Shown: positions 9,124-23,300, numbered from the stretch's first letter. The stretch: 33,179 nucleotides of DNA from Nemertoderma westbladi (GCA_032718475.1 JAUCBJ010005951.1:1-33179), one strand, 5' to 3'. A program made the numbers and translations. Notes: generated from the sequence alone by a model not told the origin.

Positions 9124-12100
9124 AGACTTCCAGCCGATAGTGATAGACGACAACAATAACTGGACAGAAGTTACACACCTCTGACATAAACACAACTACC
9201 GGCAACCTCAGACTGAATCGCACAGAGACAATGTCTTAGTTAACTGTACAGGTGAACCACTAACTACCTCAGACCAACCTCTAGGACTGCGACCCGATTG
9301 CACACTAAGCAGACTTCTATACTCCCAGGCTGCCGGTAAGCCTGCTTTGCGTGGAGCCAAGATTGGTGGACGTCTGCGAACAACTGAGGTTTGTCGCTGA
9401 CAAACTCCCGGTCACCTAGAGAGGCTCACATTAACATCGGCCTCCTAGACAAGACAGTAACAGTCGCCGATACCGCAGAATATCTAAACGAAATCGACAT
9501 TCCTTACAATGAAATAATTCCCCTACCACTCTTCCCAAACTCAGAATTCCTCAGTGTCCAACTCATAGGCAACCAGGAACACCGCTCAGCTCTCATGGAT
9601 CCGGATATCTTGGACAGTGGAATAACAATCCGAAATTATATACTCTCTGCTTCAGAAAGAGATAAGTTTGGCCTGAAGCCTCATCGTCCGAAACTCAGAA
9701 ATCAGACCCAAGATGGCTTACCAAACCAAGCGAACTGACTAAATGTAACAACCCTGGTTTGGAACAATGATGGGTTCACTTCAGTTCAATCTCACCCATC
9801 GCATAACCTACCCTGCAGCGTACAGGTTGCCTCCTTGACGCCCACTAACGTACTAGTCGCCTCCCCAGCACCTACTAACGTAGCGGTCGCCCCCCAACGC
9901 CCAATAATGCACAGGTCGCCTCGCCGATGCCCAATAACTTACTGGTTGCCTCTCTGATACCCAATAACGTACTGGTCGCCTCCCTGGTGCCCAATAACAT
10001 ACTGGTCGCCTCCCTGGTGCCCAATAACGTACCGGTCCCCTCCCCAGCGCCCAATAATGCACAGGTCGCCTCGCCGATGCCCAATAACTTACTGGTCACC
10101 TCTCTGACACCCAATATCTTACTGAACCCAATCCGCAAACACCAAAAAGTATCAATAGATATAGGGGTTGCTGTCTCTGTATCTTATAGACTCGAAACTC
10201 GCCCCCCTCCACTGAGTAGAAAGTTGAATGTACTGCAGCTAAGGAACGACAGTAGGCTACAACTAGCTACACAAAAATTAGTAACAGACTTTGACATAAA
10301 CGGCGCCACTGAGCTACTGACTAACGCTATAACCAACGCAACTACTTCTGAAAACTCTAGAACTAATGGAAGGTGTTGGTATGACAACGAATGTAAATAA
10401 ATGAAGCAACAACTTCAATCTGCTATGACCCGCCGTGAAAACTCTCCCACAGACACTGTGACATACTGGAACCTCCGCAGACAATACAAAAAACTTATTA
10501 AACAAAAACGGGAAGAGTTTGAATGAGCATCATATTAAGCTCATCGAACGCACGGAAATTAAACCCTGGACCTTATTTGAAAAACCAAAACCTAGCATCG
10601 CCCCTATCAACCTTGCCACTTTGGAAAAACATTTCCAAAACCTGCTGGGTAACAAATGGACATCCTGGAAATACCATCACCGACTGCTGCAGAACTCAAC
10701 AACGGAGCTTGGTACAATGATGATATAACTAGTGAGGAAGTACTAGCCAGTATAAATGATACCTGCAATAAAAAAGCCTGTGGAACTGATAAAATCTACT
10801 ACGAATCCATTAAAGGTGCTCTTCCATTCATCATAAACCTTATAACCCTTTCTATTCAACGTAACTATGTCTTAATACTGGGAGTATACCAACTACTTGG
10901 AAACAGAGTATCATAAAGGTGTTGTACAAGAATAAAGGTGCTATAACTGACCCGGAGAACTACAGAGGGATCGCTCTTCTCTGCGCTTTTCTAAAGATCC
11001 TCACGTCAACAATTAACAAGAGAGTCAGAAGATTTACAGGCCACTTAGTACCCCTAGAACAATTCGGTTTCCAAGTAGAAAAATCAACATGCCAAGCAGT
11101 ACGCCTACTTCTCAATGATATTTCAACAGCTCTCAACTCTGAAAATGCCAACGACCACATGCTATTTGTAGCTTTCATTGACTTTCGGAAAGCCTTCGAC
11201 TTTGTTAACCGAGGAATACTACTGTCTAAGATCACAGTTTTGGAATAAAAGGCAAATTATACAATCTAATAAGAGACATTCTAGTAAACAGCATCCAAAT
11301 ATATGATGGCCTACAACTATACAATGCTATACAACAGCTTCGTGGAGTCCTTCAAGGAGATTGTTTCAGCCCAACCTGCTTCTTAATTTTCATCACTGAC
11401 CGACCTAGCTACTGTTCTCCGACAAATAGCCGCCTCTCTCAAATTCTTATTCTTCGCTGACGACCTTGCCATATATTCGAAAAACCCACTGGATATCCAA
11501 CATGCCCTAGATGCATTACATGATTGCTGTAAAGCCAACAACATGGAAGTAAACTTGAAGAAAACCAAAATAATCAAATTTAGAAATGGAGGTAGACTTT
11601 CAATGATGGATAAATTCACCTTTGATGGAAATGATGTAAACATAGTAAATGAATATGAATATCTCGGAATTACTCTCCAACCAACATTTCGAAACTACAC
11701 CTTCTTTCAATCGAGACTGGCCTCAAAATATACCGAATGAAAATACAGCCAATGGTAACATATAGTCTTGAAGAAATTGGCCCATATCTTTCGCTACCCA
11801 ATCTCATAGACCTTGATAAAACAAATACCTGCCATATCAAACATATGTTAAGACTGCACATCAGCCTCCTCCACCCTCGCACTAAAACTGGTAGGTGAAA
11901 ACAGCTTATGCGATGACATTCTTACCAAACACCCGAACATTTTTTCAACGACAGTAACTGCTCAATACAGAACCCATCTGAGAGACAGAGAATCAAATTT
12001 CGGAGCCAACTACCCCATCCCTGGTCCAGCTTTTACATCTACAACATGGAAACGCATGGGACAGACATACAGACACACCATCACCAGATTCACCTCCCAC

Positions 12101-12490
12101 GGTTTTCACCACTTACTTTGCTCAAACAAGACTTCATTCCATATACTGACTCCTGACTGCTCCTGTACCTACTGTAAAAATCCATGCGAGGACCGCTACC
12201 ACGCACTATCATGCACAAAATAATACGAACGAATATGGAGAACCCATTGACGCAGTAACCAATAATTATGTAAACAAATCGGACAGCCCAAACTCAGACC
12301 CAGCTTTGAGTATTCACTCCCGGACTGAAGCTGTCCCAGACACCCCCCAATTATTTCAAAGTCAATCAGACTTTTACCTAATACTAAAGAAGCCTATCCC
12401 CACTGAACCATTATAGCTCATGGGATAAATTATGTAGGGCTATAACTATTCTGAAACAACTATTCAACTACAGATATAGTACTAATAATA
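9124..12490 (+). mobile_element. Decayed APE-type LINE (L2/CR1/RTE-X-like group): ORF1 remnant, internally deleted EN, RT, C-terminal Cys/His domain
   Basis: KACGTDKI, DPENYRGIALL, QFGFQ, FIDFRKAFD, GVLQGD, FFADDL, VNLKKTK, YEYLGI, C-x2-C..H-x3-C; several stops and frameshifts; 3' boundary approximate. Confidence 0.88.
9811..10124 (+). repeat. 30-bp minisatellite (~10 units), reads PNNVLVASPx
   Basis: Consensus CCCAATAACGTACTGGTCGCCTCCCYGRYG. Confidence 0.95.
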
Positions 12491-12504
12491 AACCTGTAGT
12501 AGGC

Positions 12505-13099
12505 TTGTCTCACACTGAAGTTGATAAATCTAATTTACAACTGTTACGACTTTCACAGAAACTTGAGAGACCTGAGGAATATCATCAACTCAGCGTCGAT
12601 CCTTTGACTTCATTGTCGGATAAATTCTCAGGTACTATGATTAATGGATTAATTCGTGTTGGAAGTCATCTCACCAACGCTCCTATTTCTAGAGACACTA
12701 CATTCCCAATATTAATATTCGATCCCGAGATTCAAACAAAGTTGATACACGACATCCACTATGGACTATATCACGCCGGGAGAGAACATATATTAAGTGA
12801 GATAGGGACGCATTACTGTTTTGTCGTCCCTCGTGCGGCTCTGGGCCGGACATTGCGGAGTTGTATACCTTGCCGGCAGACCAGTTTTTTGAGCATTTTG
12901 TGGCAGACCAGTGACGCAGTCAGAAGCGGCACCTCCAAAGAAAAGAGTTGACTACTATCACCCATCATTTAAACCAAAGGTACACTATTTCAATCGACCA
13001 ACCGGCTGCCCTTGTTTATTAGAACTGGCAAGGGAACGTTCTGGTAACTACGGGCAACAACGAGTTAGGCCAAGCAGTCTGACATACAAACTTGAGTAA
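12505..13099 (+). mobile_element. BEL/Pao pol remnant (integrase HHCC region, internally deleted)
   Basis: GLIRVGSHL.NAPIS...FPILI, IHYGLYHAG, SCIPCR: typical BEL/Pao pre-integrase and zinc-finger motifs. Confidence 0.72.
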
Positions 13100-14290
13100 C
13101 ATCTTGTAGAAGGTTACGATTGAGTATGTAATTATTTATTAGCCATTTATTATAGCGTAGGTATTAGTATTAGACTACGGTGTACAACGTAGCAATAAAA
13201 CATACTTATGTTAATCGTACGTTGCATATTCTGGACGCAGATACAGCAATTTAATTTAATAACAAATTATTTGAATTAAAATTTAAATAATTTAAAATAA
13301 GTGACTAATTACTAACGACAATACTCAATCGTGGAAGCGGATCTGTGTGGCGTTACCAGCATAGAAATATGCGAAAGATTTTAAAAAATTCTGTATTTAA
13401 TACAAATTAATAATAACAACCAAAATTAAAACATCCCAAATTAAATATCACTATAAATGATCAAATAACTATTACAGTAGTTACTAGTGTGAAATAAGTG
13501 TGAGAGCTGAGCGTTCTAATTTCTACATTTACCAACATGTCACCGAACAATTTGGATTAAATAACACCGAAACAACGTGTTTCTCTGAAAACACAAAATG
13601 GTGCCCGTATGTATAACTGTGAATTCAACCTTTTAGTACAGTTTGCATTACATAAACTCAACCTGTTATCATGGATACACAAAACAGTGACATTCTGGTA
13701 AATATTAAATAAGTCTTTTGAACCATATTTTGACTTTAATTTAAAATTAAAATACGTGAATGACCTTTAAATTAAGCTAAATGGTGTGAATAATAAATAT
13801 ATCGTGTGAGTTCGTGTGAAGCGTATACAATTGTCCAACCTTTCATTGATGCGAGGATTGTAGCAGACACATCTGGCTCCGGACCAGTCCCCCGTCTCCC
13901 TGGCTTGATGAGAGTTTAGCATATAGCCATGATACTTCGGTACCGCTGGTAGTTGCGAACTCGAGTCTCGCCGCTAAGGGATCGATCAGGGACTGTGTTG
14001 CGGCGTGTGGCTGTCTGGTTGAGGTGGTGACGTCCGCCTACCCCTGTTGCAATCATATATTCAAACTCGCACCTAGATATGTTGAAACAACCTCTTCCGA
14101 TAAACGAGGTTCTCGGGACAGTTTGCGGAGATGATGGATATGATGACGGCTGATCTCACTGGTGAATCTACCGAACTCACTCTCAGAGTATGTCGCCCCA
14201 TATAGATGTGTGGACGAAGAGCGGACGTAGCGTGGACGATTGAACGACGAACGCGAATCAGCTTATTTGGTCCAACCCGCGGTCCAGACT

Positions 14291-15731
14291 TTAAGGGGGG
14301 GGCTTTCAGTAAAAAACTTGTAAATTTTGAAAAATTACTTTTTAGTCGATTATTGTAGAGAATTTAATGCTCTTTCCGAAAACGAAAACTGTTTTCAAAT
14401 ATCTTTTTTTAGATTTTGAGTTATGACCGATTTGGTGCAGGCTACTTATTAAATTTAATGTAAAATTGTGTAAAATTTCAAATTCCAAACGAGGACGCCC
14501 TGTTCACAACCTTTCCTGCTTATCTTTCTGAAATATGACAGAGCACAGTAGGCGGGAAATTCAAATGGTACATTTTATCGTTAATATAAATTTGCTAACA
14601 AACTAATCATAACTGTATCTGTACTGCTATACTGTCTGACTGTGAATCCCAGTAGGCCTAACTACGATATTCGATTTTTCCTAACTTTATGTTTGTTCAA
14701 ATATTCATATTAGGCCTATACTAAATAAATAATTGTGAGAATATGCCACGGAGATCTGCCGTTTCAAGGGTTGCTTCTAAAAAAAGGGGAGAATCTAACC
14801 GATTCAGGTGATATTTGGATTCCGGTACCGGTATCACGGGAGCGGGGAACTCAGGCGAGGTTTACCAGGTTTACCATTCTGAATACAAACCGGGTGGTTA
14901 TTAACTTCTGTACTTTTTATATTTTTTATGCAACTTATTCGCTTTTCGCCCGTTTTTCACCCACTTCATCCAAACTGAGCACCACCACCATCATATGTTT
15001 CCCATAGCACCACCTGAACAACAGTTTACCAATCCCAAGGGGTTGAAACGAGTAATTAGTAGTTTCAATTTTGGAAAATATTATATATTATTATATATAT
15101 ATATATATTATTATATATATATTATATATATTATTATTATTATTATTAAATAAATTACTTTCACTTTCAATTGCATTTTTCTCAGAATCCGATTTTTTAG
15201 GACTTGAAATGCTACTAGTCGGCTATGGTTCAGTCAAATTTTACGTTTTATGTCTCATTTTGAAGATAATCATGTTGCCTAAAAAACTTGTAGAACAGTT
15301 TTTTTAATATGTTCTATAAATAGTTTTTATTCGGTGTTTTTCATTAAAACAAACGTGAATTTTTGAAAAATGCACTATTTTGGTTATATTTTTTTAAAAA
15401 TAGTCTTTTTCAAAAAATTGTTCTACAAGTTTCGTAGGCAACATAATTACCTCCAAAATGAGTCTAAAAACGTGCATTTTGGATGAAAATTGGAGGAGGA
15501 GTAGCATTTTTAGCGAAATTTGATATTACTCCACCCGCCGCTAGAGGGCTACAAAAAAAATTTTTTTTTAGGCAAAATTTTTTCTCGCGCCCATCCCCAA
15601 CCTATTGGTATAGATTTAATTGGCTGGCCTTATGTATTTCTTATTTTATTGAACATCTAAAAATGTGTATACTGGAATATACTATAGAATATACTATATC
15701 TAGAAGAGCTGTGATATTTCATGCTCTTTAA
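14291..15731. mobile_element. Non-autonomous DNA transposon-like sequence(s) bounded by TTAA, with a ~63-bp internal inverted repeat
   Basis: TTAA at 14291 and 15728; imperfect IR 15243-15305 / 15412-15473; (TA)n stretch at 15080-15150. The two ends do not form a matching TIR. Confidence 0.45.
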
Positions 15732-15734
15732 AGC

Positions 15735-16130
15735 CAGACATTTCTATTTCAGCATGAATCTTTGCATTCTGGGCTCTAACTGCTGAAGACACCAGGTCTA
15801 TGGATTGAACACATACCAGGATTGTGCGCGGCATTCACACAACATTGCCTAAAATGCACACATAAGAAATGAGGTGTTATTCAACTGTTGCAATATCTCA
15901 GTGCAAGACCCAGCATCACTGAAGTTTGCCGGGCATTTTTACCAGGAGGATATACCTTTATATGACCTTGTGCTGTGACAACCCATTGGTGAGAATAGGT
16001 GAGGTGGACATTAAATGACTTTCCCCAACACCTGCTCAAGGACACCAGATTTGAGAACAGGGATGAACTGGGAAATTGAATAGCTGACCATGAGACATGC
16101 CGACACTGCAATGCTGGGTTGGCAGTACTG
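15735..16130 (+). mobile_element. Old RTE-type LINE 3' fragment
   Basis: WALTAEDTRSMD, LKFAGH..DLVL*QP..GGH*MTF, LLKDT align to the C-terminus of the RTE at 21626-23657 (WALPAEDTKSLD, LRFAGH..NLVLWQP..GGQPMTF..ILKDT). Confidence 0.75.
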
Positions 16131-16735
16131 CAACTTATTGTACTGTTTTAGCATTTGGGTTATTTATTGTAATGCCATCAATGCATTGGCTGACATTATT
16201 GGTCAGCTGATTTATCCAGTCAGCAGTTCATATATTAGGCATTGTTGAGCTTCAGCAGATACATGTAAGCTTTATCATCTTTTGATATATTCACAATACT
16301 AATTAAAGATCCTTACCGCCACAGGTTTATAGAAATATATATATATATATGCAAATTGTTATGTTTGAGGGTTAATAAAAAATGTCAATAGTATAACTTG
16401 ATATTTACTTTGAGACATTTATCCCATATCTCATATTTTTTGCAAGACAAATGTCGACGAGATGTAGATGGAGGTGGAGATGTAAACGAAATGTCTGCCT
16501 CCAACCGACTCTATGAAATTATAAACTTTTTCATAGATTATTTCAAAGGTTGCAAATAGTTGCGATAAAGCGAAAAGTTGCAGATAGCACTTAAATATAT
16601 ATTTATACAAATAATTCTTTGATTGATTCATGATGCTTGGTACTAGGATGTTTGTTCATGAATACTGCCTCATAAACATATTCACACAGGTAACAAACCA
16701 TTGAGTTAAATTATTCATATTTATTTAAGAAGCAA

Positions 16736-16925
16736 GTAAAGCAAACAGCCAGCCGAGGCTGAAGGCGACCGACCCCAAGGCTCCTCTTTCGATAGCTGCT
16801 ACCCGAAGTTAGGCATGGCACTACTCGTATACCAAGTTTTGCTCCCAGTAATTCAACTTGTACTCATTTTAATGACCCCAGTGGATAAAAAGCTGAGTAG
16901 ACCATGACCTATGCTCAAACCGACA
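16736..16925 (-). mobile_element. SINE-like remnant downstream of the sulfotransferase stop
   Basis: GC-richer island with TACTCATTTT..GACCCC..GGATAAAAGCTGAGTAGACC, resembling from memory the conserved central domain of metazoan tRNA-derived SINEs; needs a Dfam check. Confidence 0.4.
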
Positions 16926-17102
16926 TCCAATAGATAATAGGGATAGAGCCAGTAAAATTAGATTAAAAAATTAACAATCAATTTGTGTGGTAATGAATGG
17001 GATTCAGATTTCACTAAATTCAAGAGAAAACAAATGATTCTGTAGTACTTGAAACACAATTCATTTAAGGGATTCAAAATATTGCACTTTATACACTCTC
17101 AT

Positions 17103-17312
17103 TTATCTAAGGGGCTGTCCTGTTGTTGCTTTTGGAATTGTTTGTTTTTCATATAACTTATATCGCTCGCCAGTTAGAGGTTTACCATCATCAGGCTTGA
17201 AATTTACCAACTCCATCGTGATCTGCTGTGGCCATGCAACAGCCCATTTACAATCATCATTTGTTTTTCCATAATCTGACAATCTCAGAGAATGACCATC
17301 TGTGCAATAATC
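17103..17312 (-). CDS. Sulfotransferase exon 5 (terminal)
   Basis: ttctag|GAT TAT TGC...CTT AGA TAA; 70 codons, phase 0, with two Cys as expected near the family C-terminus. Confidence 0.75.
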   Translation of the reverse strand, partial: DYCTDGHSLRLSDYGKTNDDCKWAVAWPQQITMELVNFKPDDGKPLTGERYKLYEKQTIPKATTGQPLR

Positions 17313-20300
17313 CTAGAATATGTTAAAAGTAATAAAATAGAGGCTAATTGAATCCACTTAATACATAAAGCGTTGTATCATAATTATATATTATGTATAA
17401 TAATAATTATTGTTCAATATACAATTGGTTCATGTAGGTGATTGTTTCTCTACTCCTACTAAACTACCAGATTTAGTACAGTAATAATTTTAATTAATTT
17501 ATAATCATCATCAATTCTAATAGAGGAGGGTTGTTCACTAACTACTACTACTAGATCGAGCAAGCTCAGACACTAGAAATGAGATCCTTCCAGGCTTCAT
17601 GTTCTTGATTTTCCATAGTTGTTGCAATTTCGTTTCTCTCAAGTCCAGTATCCCTTTCAAGTTGGTCTATATTTGTTATAGCCATTCGTCCTTGACTAAA
17701 GCACGACTACACTTTCCTTGTGTTGGTTGCTAGAAAAGTAGATCTGGTATGACGTCGTCTTTACATCTCCATCAGTGCCCACTGAATCTTAATCTGCGTT
17801 CATGGAGGGTGGTTGATACAGGTGGAATTGAACCATAGAGCTCAGTGTTTGTCATGTGTTGTCTCCAGCTGATGTTTAGGGCGGCCCTTAGTAGACTTGT
17901 GTAGCAACCATAAATTCGTTGTTCGCGTGATTTCGTCAGTCCTGGTCTCACCCCCATATAAAATTACACTTTCCACTATGGCTCAATAGAACTTAGTCTT
18001 CAGGTGCCTGGAGAGGTCTGAATTCCAGATAGTAAAATTTTTGGTAGAACTTCCTATGCCTTTGCTTTCCTAACTTCTATGTCTTTTGTGCTACTCTCAA
18101 TCCATGATCCAAGGTACTGGAAGTTCACCAACCTTCCTTAGTGATAAAATTATCAAAGGTAGTCAAGTTTCCATCAACATTAAAAGTTATAAATTCGGTC
18201 TTGGTAGCATTTATATGCAATCCAACCTCCTTGGCAGCCCTCTCAACTTTATTCAGTAGAAGCTGTGCATCTCCTAGCGTATTAGAGAGCAGGGCAATGT
18301 CATCCACAAAGTCAGTGTCTGTGACTATAGTTGCTGGAATTCCACTACTTCTGCGATCTTGTAGTGTAAATCCCAGATCTTCACACTTTGTGGCTGTCCT
18401 CATTGTGTAATGCAAATAGTAATGGAGCCAATGTGTCACCTTGCAGTATTTAATACTTGCAGTATATCAGCCAGGATTGAGGAGAACTCAGTTTCTCCAT
18501 CTAGTAGTAGTACTTGTACTTCTGGGTTACAATATAATAATTCAATGCCAGTGACAATAACTTCTGGTATTCCATAAGCTCTTCGTATTCCCAGCATTTT
18601 ACCTCTATGGATGGAGATGAATGCTTTCTTGAAGTTCACAAATGGCAGGACTGTGGGGAGATTCTTTGATTTAGTACCCTCAATCAGTCTCCATAGCGCA
18701 AGTTTATGAGCTATTATTGATCTATTTGGTCGAAATCCGTTTTGGCTCTTACACAGCAGTTTCTCTTGTGAGGTGAGGCGTAATGTGATATATAATTATT
18801 TTGATGAATATTTTGGCAGCTACACGCACTGCTATAAGCTACACATACTACTTACTATAAGCTGACAGATCCCACAATGATAGTTTATTGGTATACCAAA
18901 ATCTCCTTTCTTGGGGAGAGGCTTTAGTTGACTTTTCATCCAAATTGGCGGTGGCTTTTCCCCTTTCAGCATCCGGTTGCAAACATTCAATAATGTTCTG
19001 TTTAACACTCCTGTTTTCCACATATCTGAATGGATTTCATCTGATCAACTCGCTTTATGATTTGACATGGTTTGTCACGTATTTTCTTTGTAGGGCTGAC
19101 CTTGATATTTGGTGGCTTCCCAAGCAAGTTGATGTTGAGCTGTAGTGATATTTCCATTTCCCAACACGTTCTTCAGGACTATCAGCTTTGAGGTGTCCCT
19201 TAAAACAACATTTTCAAACAGGTACCTTACAGTTTGCCAGGTAAGTCTTTATTGTTGCTGTATGTGAGCAGTTGTTGTCAATTCTTCAATTTTGTTCTGT
19301 ATGTACTTCTCTTGGCTGATGTTGTAGGCCAACTTACGATCTTCCTTAGCTTTCTCAACCTTGCTGATGTTTTTTCTCAACCTTGCTGATGTTTTCAGTT
19401 GTTGGTTGTTCAGTTTTTACTTTGTAGGCTATCTTCTCTCTTACAGTTACAAGTAACAGTTACAGTTACAGTACAGTTAAAAGTTACAGTAACAAGTAAC
19501 AGTTACAAGAGTCTTGCCATGGCATATACATATACATACTGTTTTCGATTGGGTTTCTGGGAAATGTGCCTCTTGGTTGATTCAAGCAGCAAAAGTGATG
19601 CTGAGTCCAATGTAGACCTATACTACAAACCCAGATGCATTTTTTGAAGTAACTTAGTTATGTGGATACAACCTTTTGCACATAAATATTTGATATTGAA
19701 TACATAGCAGTTACCTGTTGCAGTTTTTGGTGTTCTCACTTGAATAGCAGTAATGGTACACCATACTGCCTGCTATGACTGCTTGCTTATGCTTAGACAG
19801 ATAGCTGGTGACTTTTTATATCTTATAGGAGGTTCTGCAGATATGTCTGTCACTGAGTATGCTGCTGAGGCATTGTAAGGTAATATAATATTAATTTCAA
19901 TATTGTTTGTTAGGCCTCAGTGTAAACAGCAGTAGTGTCATTTAGAATTATCACATAAAAACAACTTGTGGATGTGTTCATAATATATTACAATATATAG
20001 TTTTGTAATGATAAGATCATAAGATAATTCTCGACAAACCGTTTCCGCTTTCAGGGAAGAGTTTTAATTGGGGGATCACACTCATTTAAAAAAAATTAAA
20101 TAATTGTCAGTCAGTAGGTAGGCTGAGTTTTTCCGTTAGCATAGTCTCCGTAGAAGGCTGTAAGGTCGAAGTAGAAGGCTTTTGTCTCCTATTTAATTTA
20201 ATTACTTATCCATTATATGTACAGTTACAGTACACAGAAGCCACAATTTACCTGAATTAACTGATTCATCTGGGATATCATTTTTTTCTCAACCTGAAGT

Positions 20301-23300
20301 CTTTCGTATCCGAATTCCTCAATTCGTTTCCATAATGAATCATTTAGACGTTGATACAAAATCCAATCAGCCCTATTGAACTATTAAAATATCTATTAAT
20401 AAAGAAACAAGCTCTAAACAAATGCTTGATATTTGGATATTTGCCAATTGATAAATGTAAATTGAAAAATAAAATAATGTCTTACAGGAAGATATGCCAG
20501 TGTAAAAACAATAATTTGTTATACATCGGCCCAGAAAACCACCATAATGGCAATCTGATTGAAAATGTGAGAAATATTATATATACATTTATTATTTTCA
20601 TTATGTAAAAACAATAACAATACACCAACAATGTTATAAAGGTATTGTCCAAAATTATATTATTACCCCTAAATCTTTGCAGCATAATCTTTCCAAGGGC
20701 GTCCCCTTTATGATACTTTATTAAAAATACAATATTATGCAGATAATCTATGCTAGCTTTAAATCTCAATGCTGTTAGACCAAGAAACAAAAACATCCCT
20801 GTTCCAAAACTCATGATCAACCAGCCATATACATTATTAGCTCAGCAATGCTCCTAAAAACAGTAGGGTGGTGCGTTTTTTACTTTTTTTTAATTTCATT
20901 GTTCTACCAGTGCGTAAAAGTTGCCAAATAGTAAAAAATTAAGGTCAATTCTCTAAAGTTCGTCTATATATTGACGGATCCCAAGGGGGTTGAAATTTTG
21001 AGCATAATATTAATGCAGTAGGAGAACCTAAAGTTGTAGATCGTGAAAATTTAGAATGGTAAAGGGTCAGTTGGCCAAAGGGTAGGTTCTGGCCATGTGC
21101 CTGTGGCATTACTTCCCTTGATCCCAAAATCAAAATTTTGGTATCTAACTGGGGGTATCTAATTGGGACCCATTTGATGACATTTGATGCATGCTGCAGA
21201 AAGTTATTTCTTGAGTCATTGATCTAGTGTTATATTGTCTCTAGTATTATATTGTTATAAATTTCATTGTGGTGCATCGTGAAGGCTCAAGATTTCAACC
21301 TCCTTGGGATCCGTCAAGACGAAATTTTGAGAAATTTTTTTGCTTTAATTTTTTATCATTTGGCAACTTTTGCAGCTTTGCGGTAGTCGCTATCAGACAA
21401 CATATATCGATATTTCCGTATTTAACCGGCTGGCAGAAACCAATGCGGCAATGAAGTTGGAAGAAGCCTATCAGTAGCAGGAGCGACGAAAGCATCTAAA
21501 GTATGAGGAGCATATCCATGAAGTCGAATTATCGACTTTTACACCCCTCATATTCTCTGCATTTGGAGGAATGGCACCAACAACACAGCATGTTCATGAA
21601 GCGGTTGTCCCTAAAAATAGGGGACTACTACTAGGATCAGTATGCTGCATTGCAGCTGCATTTTTAAGAATGCTGTGCCGGCTTGTCGTCAAAATTGTGC
21701 CACCACAACTCCCTATCACCCATGACATTTGCTAGATCATCCGCATCTTGAAGGCCAGTGTCCTTTAAGATGCGTCTCAAGAAAGTCATGGGTTGTCCAC
21801 CATGCTTATTCACTCCATGAGGGTGCCAAAGTACAAGATTATGCACTTGCTGGTCCTCACAGCGAAAGCAATGTCCTGCAAAGTGGGGGCGATTTTGTTA
21901 TAGTGTCAAGCTTGGGGGAACCAATGACACACCTCCAATGTTATATATGAATTGTACTTGATGCAATGGACCCGGCGTAGCATTCTTGTGAATGTGCCAT
22001 CCAGAGATTTGGTGTCCTCAGCAGGTAGAGCCCAGCATGGACTCCCATAGAGGAGTACTGGAACTTCTGCTGCTCTAAATAATCGGACATTAAGTTTCCA
22101 ATTAATTCTTGGTGACTTCCAAATCCTGGAAAGCCTATTTAAGGCTGCCCATGCCTTTCCCTTACGTATTCGAAGGTCCTCAGCTGACTTCCAGATCCAT
22201 GATCCCAGGTAACAAAAGTAATCCACATGCTCAAGCATACCATCCTTTGAGCTTATGCTCATCCGGTCAGAGACTTGCTGAGGACTTTCAAAGTTAACTG
22301 TCAACATTTTGGTCTTTCTGGAGTTAATAAAAAGACCAACACTAGAAGCAGCCTGTTCTAATGAGCTGAGGAGCCGTTGGGCTCCCTCTAGTGATTCTGA
22401 GAGTAAGATCAGTAAGGTACTTGGCAGGATTTTCTCGACTTCTGGAGCCAGTAGGTAGAGTTATCATCACCCCATCATCATTATGATGATCTAAGGACAT
22501 GCATAGAACATAGTCAGCCACAATTATGAACAAGAATGGTGCAAGTGTTTCTCCCTGGAGGACGCCCCATAATACTTCAAATGGTTCTGTGTCACCATCA
22601 ACAGTAGATACAATTTTGTCAAACCATCGTATATTGATCTGATTGCTGCAATAATTTCATCAGGAATCCCATATAATGAAAGTATGCTGATCATACGTGA
22701 GCGACAGACTGAATCGCGAGAGGCCTTGAAGAAGTCAACAAAGATAACAGCCAGATGCATGTCTTTCTTTTTTGATAAATCTTCAATTATCCTTCTAAGT
22801 GCCAAAATGGGCTCCATGGTCCCAAAACCTTTGCGGAACCCATTCTGATTTCCGCGGAGCAGTCTCTCAATGGGATCCCTGATGCGATTTAATATAATTC
22901 TATTGCGTAGCTTTGCAGCAATTGAGATCAATGAAATTCCCTGAAAAGAACCATAGAGTATTAGGTTGCCCTTCTTGGGAACTGGCACCAACTTATTGGT
23001 TTTCATTTCTTGTGGGACTATTCTTGTTCGGTACATGTCTACTATGATGGGATCGATGCACTCAGGTATTTTAAAGACCTCAGGGGGAAAACCATCTACT
23101 CCACTGGCATGATTGGTCTTAATGCTCTTTACAGCAGCCTTCACTTCTGCAAAGGAGATATCCCCAATGGCAATATCTGGGAGTACAGACTCAGACACTT
23201 TTACTTCTATAAAGTTATCAGGCAATACCTTTTCTATATTTGAGGAGCTTTTCAAAGTGGGCCTTCCAACCATTGAGGCGATCGGCTGGTGATTCAGCCT

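Larger units (their letters stand above)
7853..10759 (+). repeat. Segmental duplication copy 1 (direct repeat of 29001-33179)
   Basis: Identity starts at TGTACATGTACATATGTTAACGCG in both copies (offset 21148) and continues colinearly, with indels, to the window end. Confidence 0.95.

Noticed and set aside
13105-13250. Possible BEL 3' LTR starting TGTAG with AATAAA
   Set aside because: No PPT, partner LTR or definable end; too weak to call.
15071-15307. Hydrophobic ORFs in AT-rich DNA (also 19399-19647 and 20351-20820)
   Set aside because: Products of TA microsatellites or low-complexity sequence with no domain signal.
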